64,000 nucleotides of DNA, from positions 108,423,787 to 108,487,786 of the forward strand of contig NC_068982.1 of the NCBI RefSeq assembly GCF_001194135.2, read 5' to 3'. Made by a program: the position numbers and the translations under genes. The notes below the pieces were generated by a model that worked only from the letters and a program-made list of their open reading frames with translations, made no database searches and had not been told where the DNA came from. This document shows positions 10,625 through 22,352 of this stretch, in pieces. Within the stretch, counting starts at the first letter, position 1, and each line of letters opens with the position of its first letter. The stretch is from Octopus bimaculoides (lineage: Eukaryota).

Positions 10625-11645
10625 AAAGTGCGAGGAATATTAATGTAGTATATGGGGATCGAACAATAAGCATAAGCCAGTGTCAATGGTGGATCCAGAA
10701 ATTCCGAGCCAGAAACAACAGCCTACAAGATGAGCCTCATCCTGGAAGATCTGCAGATGTCCTGCAAACCCTGGTGGAACAAAATCTCATTGTAACTGTT
10801 GAGGAACTAGCAGGGAAGCTTGGATTTGGTCATTCAACCATTCATTGACACCTGCATGCCATCAGAAAAGTCAACAAATTGGGTCAATGGGTTCTTCAAA
10901 CTTTCCAAATCTAATAATACGCAGAGAGTGAATGTGTGCTCTTCTTTGCTGTCACGTCTCACAAATGAACCTTTTTTTGGACCAAATAGTGACTGGTGAT
11001 GAGAAATGGGTTCTCTATAAAAATGTCAAGTGCCAAAGACAGTAGGTAGGGAAAGGAGAAACACCAGCACCCCAGGCTAAAGAAAGTCTTNNNNNNNNNN
11101 NNNNNNNNNNNNNNNNNNNNNNNNNNNNNNNNNNNNNNNNNNNNNNNNNNNNNNNNNNNNNNNNNNNNNNNNNNNNNNNNNNNNNNNNNNNNNNNNNNNN
11201 NNNNNNNNNNNNNNNNNNNNNNNNNNNNNNNNNNNNNNNNNNNNNNNNNNNNNNNNNNNNNNNNNNNNNNACATTCTTTTATCAGGACAATGCTTAGCCA
11301 CATACAGCGTGCATGGCATTCCAATGGCTGGAGCAGTTTGAATGGGAAACGATGCTCCACCCACCATATTCGCCATCTGATTATCATTTATTCTGCAGTG
11401 TTCAAAATCATTTGGATGGAAAGAATATGAATCCTCTAGACGAAGTCACAACAATATTGGAGGAGTATTTTTTGTCACAGAGCAGTGAATTTTGGAAGAG
11501 GGGCCTTGCAAGTCTCCCAGATAAATGGAAGAGCCTTGTAGAAAATGAAGGAGAGTATATTTTAGATTAAAAAGAACTTTGTTTATCTTAATTTTGAAAA
11601 ATTAAAGTATAAAAAAAAACTCATTATTTATGGGATGACTCAATA
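10625..11645 (+). mobile_element. 5'-truncated mariner (Hsmar1/SETMAR-like) in REXO2 intron 3
   Basis: IVTGDEKWVLY, QDNA, HPPYS..SDYHLF, W...VENEGEYILD motifs with stops and a gap. 3' TIR CATTATTTATGGGATGACTCAA|TA ends at 11645. Confidence 0.9.
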
Positions 11646-11724
11646 GAAAAAAATGTTAAAAATATGGCACATTTTATTTCATTAAAATCACTTTTCTTCT
11701 CTGTATTTTAATTGTGTCCTGTAG

Positions 11725-11945
11725 AGTGGCCTGACTGAAGCAGTAAGAAAAAGCAACACCACCGTGCAATCAGCTGAAGAAAAGTTGTTAGCTTTTCTAA
11801 CACAGCATGTTCCAAAAAAGAAATGCCCACTGGCTGGAAATTCCATCTATATGGATAAAATGTTCCTTCAGAAATATATGCCAAAATTTACTGAATTCCT
11901 ACATTATCGTATTATTGATGTCAGTAGTGTGAAGGAATTATGTCG
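11725..11945 (+). CDS. REXO2: REXO2 exon 4 (SGLTEAV...[15 protein letters not shown]...[15 protein letters not shown])
   Basis: 221 bp, TAG acceptor and CG|GTAAG donor (phase 2). ExoII motif GNS...D. Confidence 0.96.
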
Positions 11946-14206
11946 GTAAGAATTGATATTTTCCTTGGGCTATCAACTTTTCACTGCTAATTCATTAAAA
12001 TATATTCCTACTATTGATTGTATTGTAAGTATTTTCTCAATTTGACTCATCCTATTATTTCTTTTATGAATTTATTCTCTTTTCTACAAAGAAAAAGGCC
12101 TAAACCTTTAATTTTAAGAGATGAATATGTGTAACTTATATCAGTGTTTTAGGAGGAATCAGATTTCATCAATGAATTGAATCTGATAAAAAAAAGTCAT
12201 GTCTTACAGAGAAACTAACAATGAAGGTAAATGTAGAGATTGGTGCAGTCATGAGAGTTTGGTTAAGAAATTTGCTTTGTAACTATGCAGTCTGAGTCAA
12301 GTGTCTTCTACTTTATTCTGGGATTGATGAAAACCTTGTGAGGGAAATTTTGAGTGGTAGACATAATCCTTTACTTGGTTTAACAATACCACCTAACACT
12401 TGCATACATTTAGCAGCATTTATCATCTACTTTTCCATGCATGCATTCGTCTGATGTAATTTGTTGAGGCTCATTTTCTATGGCCAGATGCTTTTCCTTT
12501 TGTGAACTCTCACCTGTTTCCAAGAAAGGTAAAGTTTCCCCAGATGTTTTTTATGGAAACCTGGAAATAAACAACACTGCTTGTATGATGGTGATGCTTG
12601 TTTACCACCACCATGTGATGCATGTGTGTATGTGCATACATACACACACAAGGATCTGGTTGGATCTAGGCTATAGTAAAAAAAATACTTACCCGAGGTG
12701 CCATGCAGCAGGACTAAACCAGAGATTACATGCAAAGAAGCAAGCTTCTTAGCTACACAACTATACCCGCCACTGAAACCTATGTAGGTTTACTAAAATA
12801 AATAAGAGTATTCCAGCAATCAGATACAGTACCTAGAGTGCATGCAGTGTAAAAAATAATGAAAGGAAAGCCATAACATTTATATAGTAGTATCACAGTT
12901 ACATAAGTTATAAGCTTATTGTATCATGTGACTGGCCCAGTGGTCATCTGATCAGTGCTACTTAAAATGGCTGCTTGGGTGAAGAAAGCATAGTTGTTCA
13001 GTTGACTATGACTTTTGGTAGTAATGGATCTCTTGTAAATACTGTGTGTTGCTAAGATAAATATTTTACTGTTGCTACATTAGTAGACTCAAATAAACAC
13101 ATGATCATACTTATACTTATAAATTAAAAATATAGTGCTGTAGCATGGTTTGTGAGGGTAGAGCTTATGTTAGAAGTACGTGTTTGGAATGAGAATTAGA
13201 GGAAAAAGAACTAGTACTTAATTAATAGTATTCGTGAAAAAGTAAACCAAAAACAACCTAAACTATTTTCAAGCATGGACATGCTTTCTTGAAAAGTGGG
13301 CCACACCACTAAAAAACTTTAAGGTAATTTTTCATTAGGCATGCTATTTAGAAAGCCCCTGTAGGCCGCGGTTTGCGGATAACTGATACAACATTAAAAG
13401 CTAACATTTAAAAAAAATAGATGTTAAGTACATTTTAAATATAATACATTACTTCTTGGGAGAAAATAAAGCAAGGTAGAGTACTGGTTGTGTTCTTACA
13501 ATACTGAGTTATGTCCCTTCACACTGGGTGTTTAAATCCAGCCTCGTTCTACTTTGCCTTTGATTATATATACGGCCAACTTTTGTATGGAGTACAATAA
13601 TAGAATGAAAGAATACAGATATATTATTGATACCTATTTATTTGCCTCAAAACGATGAAAGACGAAGTCAAGCACAGTGACATTTGAACTTAGAACGTAG
13701 AAGGAAGTAACTAAACAATACTGGTCTATCATTTTTGCTCATTTATTGTACTAAACTAAGCTATCATTGTGAATTGATGTTACTGTAGTAGCTTGTATCA
13801 TGCTTTCGTTATTTATTTCAGGTACTTACTCTCGATGATGCCTGTGTATGGGACAAACACGGACACACAAATACATACATATAAATACATATATGTGTGT
13901 ATATATATACACATACACGACCGGCTTCTTTTAGTTTCTGTCTACCAAATCCACTCACAAGGTTTTAGTCGACCTGAGGCTATAGTAGAAGACACTTGCC
14001 CAAGGTGCCACACAATGGGACTGGACCCAGAACCATGTGGTTGAGAAGCAAGCTTCTTACCACACACCCACTCCTAGACTATTAATTTCAACTGTAGTTA
14101 TGTAAGGTTTTTTTTTTAATGTAGACGTAAATAACAAAGAAATTCATCTCTAAAGATAAGATTAATGGTGCACAAAATTGTTGACTTTTTCTTTTTTTTT
14201 CTTCAG

Positions 14207-14260
14207 ACGTTGGTATAAAAATGAATTTCAAAACAGCCCCCAAAAATCCTTATCGCACAG
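14207..14260 (+). CDS. REXO2: REXO2 exon 5 (RWYKNEFQNSPQKSLSHR)
   Basis: 54 bp, long polypyrimidine tract and CAG acceptor, AG|GTAAAG donor. Phase 2/2 is consistent with neighbours. Confidence 0.93.
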
Positions 14261-15592
14261 GTAAAGTACTCATTTCATTGACAATCATATGCATTACTGA
14301 GGTACCACAGAATAGTGAAAGGTTTCCTATTTCATCAGTTTTGCTTCCTGCTTGCAGCCATTTCACTTCACTTATGATGTAAATCAGGGTGAGCAAATGA
14401 AATTACGTTTGCCCACCCTGAGAAATCAAAGGTCATACGACTATATATTGAAGAAATGTTTAAGAATCATTTCCTAAATACCCAATCTTATCTCTAAAGC
14501 CAACAAAGCAGCCTCTAATTGGTTTCTTGACTTGCTAGAAATAGTAACAAAATCACAGCGTATAACTTTATAAAAGGATACACTGGCTAATACACTCACA
14601 GATGCATTGAACTTAGTAAACAATTGAAATGGTCACTGTTGGTACGTTTTAAAATCGTAGACCTGTTCTATCAGGGCTGACTTTGTATGTTTACTGTTCA
14701 TTTCAGTTTGTGGAATTCACTAGTTTTTTTATATTCTTAAGAACAATAATAGCTGTGATTTAGAGTACAGGACTACTGACTATTGAACCTTGACCATGAA
14801 TTTAAATCCAGTTACAGCAGTCATGTACAATTCCTGTGGCTTCAGTCCACTCAGCTAAATATAGAAGTGTTCAGTGAAGATCCTGATATTTTGAACTTTG
14901 TCACTTTGTAAAAGATGACAATGAAGTTATGTGCTATTTTGTATCATTATGAAGATTTGCGACAGACATTTTCAGATACACACAATACAGCTAAATACTA
15001 CATTTACTTAGCAATTTTGGTGGGGAAGGTTTTTATTTTTTATTTATTTATTTATTTTTGTTTTGAGAGAACAAAGTGAAAATATTTTCTGTATCTTTGT
15101 CATAGCAACTTAGTGTATAAAAAGTCTAAAAGACTTCCTTTCTTTCTTTCTTAGTAAGTCCACGGGATAGTGGTGAAAGAATTGAGGTGGGTAGGGCTGC
15201 AATGTGAATGTACCTTTGTTGGTTCCTCAGCTAATTCCAAGCAAAAGGAGAGGAAACAACCCTAATACTTAATTGGTACTGTGTTTATAGACCTCAGAAG
15301 AAAGGCAAAGTCACTTTGCAGGATTGGAAATTGGGACTCAGAAGCCCAAAACAAATATTCTGAAGCGTTATATTCAGTGTTGTAATAATTCTTTGCCAAG
15401 TCACTACCTTATCTATGGACTAATCATTACAGATGAGGACAATCAGTAATTACCTTAATTACCTGATTTATCACAGTTAAACAGAGGATCACCCTCTTAT
15501 TTCAACATAAGAGAAGTATACAACACTAAAATCACTTGTCCCAACATACATAACAAGCTTTGATTAATTAACATAATTCTAACTAGGTTGCT

Positions 15593-15640
<48 letters not shown>

Positions 15641-15994
15641 TGGGACCATGTGCTATAGCACTGCATCACTGCATCCACCATTTGTTTGTGCATTCCTACT
15701 CCTGGCAGATGACACCTTTGCACCACTTCTGCAGCAACTCTCCAACCCATGTTGCTGGTGTGGTGAGGGTTTTATAAGGTCAGAGTGCAAATCCTACCTC
15801 AACCCCTTCAGTCACCTTTTACGGCATACAGGAAATGTTGGGTCTATTTTTTTTATATGCCAGTCCCCAGCATAGGTTGCTATGATCAAGGTAAAAAACC
15901 TAAAGTAATTTATCACATAAATTATTACTTATAATATCTAAGTGTGCTATAGTGTGTGTAATACTATATTTTATATTATAATTTTATGTTTCAG

Positions 15995-16061
15995 AGGACA
16001 AGAGGACATCAAAGAAAGCATTAAAGAACTTAAGTATTATAAAATGAAGATTTTCAAATGA
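15995..16061 (+). CDS. REXO2: REXO2 exon 6, terminal (RGQEDIKESIKELKYYKMKIFK*)
   Basis: CAG acceptor, TGA at 16059-16061. Total CDS 678 nt = 225 aa plus stop. ExoIII H...D retained. Confidence 0.93.
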
Positions 16062-16135
16062 GACTCCAAAAACGGATTTCTTGAGCATAAGGGCAATAAC
16101 TCCATCACTTTAATCTCAACAAAATACATGGGATC

Positions 16136-16219
16136 AATAAACCTGATGCATTTAGTCTGATGGAAATACAGTTTAATATTATCAAATAACAATTTTGTAT
16201 TAATATTCCATTAAATAAA
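16136..16219 (+). terminator. Candidate REXO2 polyadenylation signals
   Basis: AATAAA at 16136-16141 and overlapping ATTAAA/AATAAA at 16210-16219, downstream of the stop. Confidence 0.5.
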
Positions 16220-18439
16220 TATCAAAAGGTTATTAACAAGCAAGTATTCATATTGTTTTCTGTTTTATATATAATTTGATTTTAACAGTCTTACATGAAA
16301 CTAATGTTTGCAAATCTTTAAGATTTGTTATCTTAATCCTTATCATCTCCTTTTGTCCACATCTACTGTTGCCAATCACTTTCTACTTCAAGCCAAATTA
16401 CCTTACTGCTTACATCATGTTACTACTCCTTTCTTCCACTCAACTATCCAGGCTTTTCTGGTGTCATTACTCTAATCCCCACCTTAGGTACCTGCACAAA
16501 TGTACACGCCCTAGTTTAATGTGTACTCTTGGTACATACTAGCTCTCCATACCCAATTCTGTCCTCGTGACTGGCATCTCCGCCACTATTTACCCTCTGT
16601 GGTCTACATGTCTGAACTCTGAATGATCTCTCCATTGTTTTGTGTACAAAACCCCACATACCTTTTACAAGTGTCAGCCAACAACTTGCACTCCCTCAAA
16701 GAGCAAAACAATTTCTTGAGTGCTGGTACCACAAAACGCTTCCAGTATACCCTGAAAAGTTGTTTGCAAACTGAGTGGAGAATTCATAGAATTCTGAAGT
16801 CCCTTTATTCAACCTCTCAAGTGTTCATGTCTCATAAAACACACCCAGTGCACTCTAAAGTAGTTGGGGATAGGAAAGGCACCCAGTCATAGAAACGAAA
16901 TGACATGTATGAACATCATTTTATAGAAGCAGCAGCTCCCAAGAAGAGAGAGATGAGGTGACTCAGACCTGGTACTACCTGGCCAAGCCTTGCTGGTGTA
17001 AAAATAATGACTATATATAATGAAGAGCCTCAAGGTAAACTTTGTATAGGTGCTAATAAGTGGGAAAAAAGACAGGTCCCCAGCACCATCAGCAAATAAA
17101 TGGCCATGCATGATAGCAGAAGAAGTGGAATTCTGTATGCTGTTCTCAGCATTAGCTATGGACACACAAGATTACAATTATTTCTGTTGTTCAACAAATT
17201 GTGAAAAAGAATTGTATGGGTCCTTGATTTAGCTTTGAACTTATTCAGATTAAACAAACTACTTGTGTGATAATGGACAAAATATGTAGATCATGGTCCT
17301 TAAGTGTATGACCATATAATAACTGCAAAGTATATGGAGAATAAAATTGGTACAGGTATAGCTCCTTGGCTAATACCAAGTTCTGTTCCAACAGAGCATT
17401 TTTTTTTTTTTTTTTTGAGTTAAATTATATCTCCATACTCCTGTATTGGTTGACAAACACATCAACAAACTTAGATGAACATCCACAACTTTTCCAAAGA
17501 TACTCCATGGTGCATTTCTATCCCTAAGTCGAAGGCTTTCATTAGATCATTGGCATAAACTTTTTGTTTGATGACTGAGAATGAACCATAAGGTGATGAA
17601 TTTGGGAAAAGATGCTGATATTTCAGTGTTTTGGAGTTAGACAATATTCAACCAGGCTGGAATGGCATGGTTTTTGATGATGGAATAGTGTATTACCTAA
17701 TACAGTTCAGAACATAGCAGCAGCAGGCAAAGGCCACTATAAATGGTGTGTATACAGAGAAGACAGTCATATGACAGCATGAAGCAGTGTTTAGTTATTT
17801 TGTCACTCACATTGATTGGCAACTCATCTCACCTATCAGTTAGGTTCTTCCCAATCACAAAACCAATGCTGCCCTCTTGTTTCCCATTTATTGGTTCATC
17901 AATCCAAATGAAACTCTAACCACAAACCATTTAATTAACTTACCTTACCCTAATCATCATGATTTAAAAAAGGGTAGTAATATTAGTTTCAAATTTTGGC
18001 ACAAGGCCAGCAAGTTTGGGTAGAGGGTAAGTCAATTATATCAACCCCAGTGCTCAACTGGTACTTATTTTGTTGACCCCCAAAAAGAATGAAAGGCAAA
18101 GTCGACCTCAGCAAAATTTGACAAACACTGCCCACATGGCATAATGAACTAAAAACGTTTGTTATGCCATGTAGGCAGTGTCTGATGGTTGTGCTAGGAC
18201 ACCAGACATGTTAAAAACACTATTTTGGTATGCTCTCAACACATGGAACTAATAATAACACATGAATACACAAAGCATGTTTATTAAATAATATTTATCT
18301 CTTACCAGATGGAGTACTTTTTTTGTTGATCTGACCATCATGGAACAGTACACTGCACACACACACACATATATATATATATATCATCAGTAAATCATAA
18401 ACCCGAAAGAGAAGCATACTCTAAGTTATAGAGCAGTGG

Positions 18440-19470
18440 AATATTTATGGCTGGTTCGTAGGGTTACTCAGAGTTTTGCATCCATAAAGTGATTAGCTTT
18501 ACACACATCTCATCAGACCCTAATGGCCAGTAGCCTATAACCTCTCTTCAAATTGAAGGAAGAAAAAGTTTCATAGCTAGTTTTTGAATGAAGAAGAAAG
18601 GTCAAGCATAGGGGATCTCTCCCTTAGACCACTATCCAGAATCCACCCAGTCAGCTTGTGGGTCCCAGGATTTTAATAGGAATTACCTAAAGTGTAAACA
18701 ATGTCTGAAGACTTCCGTCCTGGAATTTAAGATATTCCCTGGGTTGAGGGAATTCTTTAATATCTTCGCCCATTCCACTATGCACAGTTTGCAACATCTG
18801 CTCCCATTGATGTAGGGACGTGGTTTTCCTAGAATTTTCCATGTAATTACATGTGGAGTCCAGTTGTCCTTCAGGCACCACATGTGGCTGGCCAAGGATG
18901 TGGCGTAACATCTTTTCAGGATCCTGAATGAGTATTTGAGGTTGAAGAGACACTGCTTGAAGGTGTTTTCCGGAACATCCAATGTATTTTCGAATGCTGC
19001 TATTGGTGTTGCTGTTTCTGTTGTTGTTATTGACACTGCTACTTCTGTTGTTGTTGGTGTTGGTGATGGCATCGTTAATGCTGGTGTAGGGTACATCATC
19101 AGTGGTGAAGTTGGTGTTGGTGTTGTTGTTGTCATTATTAGTGTCTCCATTGGTGTTGCTATAACCATCGTTGTTGCTGGAGCTGTTGTTGGCACTATAG
19201 TGGTTGTTATTGCTTTATTATTATTAGCATTATCATTAGCGATGGTGTTGCTGTTATTTCTGCTATAATTGCTGTCATTGCTATTATTAATAATAGCAAT
19301 GGTGTTTCTGCTACTGCCATAGCTACTGGAGAAGTTGCTGCTGTTATTAGGGTCAGATACCACCTCAGCCTCATATACAAGTCCTTTGGTTTCGCACTGG
19401 TCTCCCACTGGGCATCTGCTGTAGTCCCTGCATGAGCATCCCAGCCCAATCATGCCCCAGGGGTGTTAAC
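18440..19470 (-). mobile_element. Penelope-like element 3' part: GIY-YIG endonuclease remnant plus pLTR
   Basis: CSC...CP...C.TKGLVYEA, YIGCS (18986-18978, shifted frame), ENTFKQ, WKILG, NGSRCCKLC, LNSRTE..RHCLH, as in PLE endonucleases. Confidence 0.88.
18459..18522 (-). ncRNA. Decayed hammerhead motif (GAAA changed to AAAA)
   Basis: TAGGGT-CTGATGA-[32 nt]-AAAA-CTCTGAG-TA-ACCCTA. Helix I perfect. Confidence 0.7.
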
Positions 19471-19495
19471 TAAAATACTCTTAATATTAGAGGGG

Positions 19496-19905
19496 GGCTC
19501 CACTTGTAATCACATGGAAAATTCTAGAAAAACTAGGTCCCTACATCAATGGGAGTGAACATTGCAAGCTTTGCATAGCGGAACAGGCAAAAGTATTAAA
19601 GAACTCATTTGACCCAGGGAACATTTTAAATTCCAGGACGGAAGTCTTCAGACCTTGTTTACATTTCAGGTGATTACTACTGAAATCCTGGGACCCACAA
19701 GCTGACTGAGCAGATTCTGGATAGTGGCCCAAAGGAGACAATCCCTTATGCTTGATCTTTCTTCTTTGTGTATTTGGAAACGAGCCATGAGGCCTTTTCT
19801 TCCCCCAATCTGAAGAGAGGTTATAGGCCACTGGCTATTAGGGTCTGACATGCACTTTATGGATGTGAAACCTTAAGTAACCCTATGAACCAGCTATAAC
19901 TAACA
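19496..19905 (+). mobile_element. Second, inverted copy of the same Penelope-like 3' end
   Basis: Reverse complement of 18440-18861 (roughly 75-80% identity by eye). Followed by (CT)n(AT)n. Confidence 0.85.
19839..19885 (+). ncRNA. Decayed hammerhead motif (CUGANGA broken)
   Basis: TAGGGT-CTGACA-..-GAAA-CCTTAAG-TA-ACCCTA. Helix I perfect, helix II shortened relative to the partner copy. Confidence 0.65.
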
Positions 19906-19963
<58 letters not shown>

Positions 19964-20756
19964 NNNNNNNNNNNNNNNNNNNNNNNNNNNNNNNNNNNNN
20001 NNNNNNNNNNNNNNNNNNNNNNNNNNNNNNNNNNNNNNNNNNNNNNNNNNNNNNNNNNNNNNNNNNNNNNNNNNNNNNNNNNNNNNNNNNNNNNNNNNNN
20101 NNNNNNNNNNNNNNNNNNNNNNNNNNNNNNNNNNNNNNNNNNNNNNNNNNNNNNNNNNNNNNNNNNNNNNNNNNNNNNNNNNNNNNNNNNNNNNNNNNNN
20201 NNNNNNNNNNNNNNNNNNNNNNNNNNNNNNNNNNNNNNNNNNNNNNNNNNNNNNNNNNNNNNNNNNNNNNNNNNNNNNNNNNNNNNNNNNNNNNNNNNNN
20301 NNNNNNNNNNNNNNNNNNNNNNNNNNNNNNNNNNNNNNNNNNNNNNNNNNNNNNNNNNNNNNNNNNNNNNNNNNNNNNNNNNNNNNNNNNNNNNNNNNNN
20401 NNNNNNNNNNNNNNNNNNNNNNNNNNNNNNNNNNNNNNNNNNNNNNNNNNNNNNNNNNNNNNNNNNNNNNNNNNNNNNNNNNNNNNNNNNNNNNNNNNNN
20501 NNNNNNNNNNNNNNNNNNNNNNNNNNNNNNNNNNNNNNNNNNNNNNNNNNNNNNNNNNNNNNNNNNNNNNNNNNNNNNNNNNNNNNNNNNNNNNNNNNNN
20601 NNNNNNNNNNNNNNNNNNNNNNNNNNNNNNNNNNNNNNNNNNNNNNNNNNNNNNNNNNNNNNNNNNNNNNNNNNNNNNNNNNNNNNNNNNNNNNNNNNNN
20701 NNNNNNNNNNNNNNNNNNNNNNNNNNNNNNNNNNNNNNNNNNNNNNNNNNNNNNNN

Positions 20757-20793
<37 letters not shown>

Positions 20794-22312
20794 TACATAT
20801 ATACAACAGTATATGGAACAAGTCTCCTGCTTGAGAATAATTTTGTCCTTTCTTCCCACCAATTTCAGATATCCTGAAAAGGTTCCACTCCCCTTTCTAC
20901 CCAAGCTGTTAAAATATTTTTAAAAATGAGGAGAAAATATACATAGCTAAGCTCACTACAAATGCCCCCCAACTCACTGTAAATGACTCCACCCCTACTC
21001 ACCACAAGTGACTCATAACTTCTATAGATGCTAGGCCTCGTAAGCTCTGATAACTATTCACACTCACCACACATCTATAATATTGTTTAAACTTTATTCC
21101 AAAGCTCAAGTTTCCTCTTGAAGGCTAAAGTATACATAAAGTATAATGGTGAACCACATTAAATTATCAGACATTTTTCTAAGGCAGTACTGCTGATACA
21201 TACACAAGCATTGTAGATCATATTTCAAAGGCAAAGGCCAGCCAGCTGACTGATGGGTCTACATTCATTCACTTCACTGGTTTACTTTTTCTTCCCTTTG
21301 TCTCTTCCACTTCTACTATAATAGCTTATTCTCTTCTGCATTGATATGCTGCATACCCACTCCACCTAAGCCTATGTAAGACATTCTCTCATCAACTCAT
21401 CATTCTTATTGTGTCTCCCTACCAAACATCATACAAGATACTTTGCTTCATCCATAACAGTAGAACTTAGAGAAATTGACATAAAACATCGATTTTGACC
21501 ACCTATCTAAGAGGTCATGCAAAAGTCATGAGTACCAACACTAGCTAAATAGAAATAAATGAATGTGGAAAACTGTTAAAAAAGAAATAAAATAAGCAAC
21601 AGTTCTTTATAAAATACTGATTGTTGCTACCAAATTAGTGTCTAAATGATCTGTAAAATTACTCTTCCTTCTAATTCTTGTCTATTTGTTCATTAAAACA
21701 AAATCTTTTAGGTAGTTTAGATAATTTAATACATTTAAATGTAAAGACATTTCTAACTCTAAATATCTTATTGTTCTCTGTGCTACATTGTGAATGTAAA
21801 ATATGACATTGTAAGAAAGTCACTATAAAATCATTATTTTTCTATTTTTTAATGTGAATATTTGTACTTGATTATAATAAAATACAGCTGTCTGTTTTTC
21901 ACTTCAACTCATCTCCAATTGATTGGATTGATGAAGGAGTTAGGATTATTTGTGCTTATGTTTTAAATTGACTTCTTCAAAAATGTCCTCACAAAAGAGA
22001 ATTCAAAATGTTTCTCTCCTTTTTCAAGCAATCACAACCAAGATGCATTTTACAACAGCATACCAGGAATTTCTGTCATCCATTAACTTTGGTTGATCTT
22101 TAATTTCATTGTCTTCTGTTGGGTGTGGAAGCCTTCAAAATATAACATCTGATATGGCCTGTTGTTCTGCACAAGAGGATGGCCGGCAAAGCCTTTGTAA
22201 CTATTATATTCAACTGGTGGATGTTGCAGATTGAGATGAAGAAAATTAAAGAAGATGCTGAGTGTTGCATAGTTAATCATTTCTGGATGCATTAAAAGAA
22301 ATTGATGCAAGA

Positions 22313-22352
<40 letters not shown>

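Noticed and set aside
16340-17900. Possible transposase or LTR-element remnants downstream of REXO2
   Set aside because: Coding-like composition but no motif or terminus I can identify.
18936-19268. Hydrophobic 110-aa membrane-protein-like ORF
   Set aside because: Antisense shadow of the AAC/ACC tract inside the Penelope remnant.
19883-20904. Long ORFs containing X runs (also 7769-8125, 9234-9548, 22521-22813, 47750-48382, 58300-58615, 59301-59837)
   Set aside because: Artefacts of translating through N gaps.
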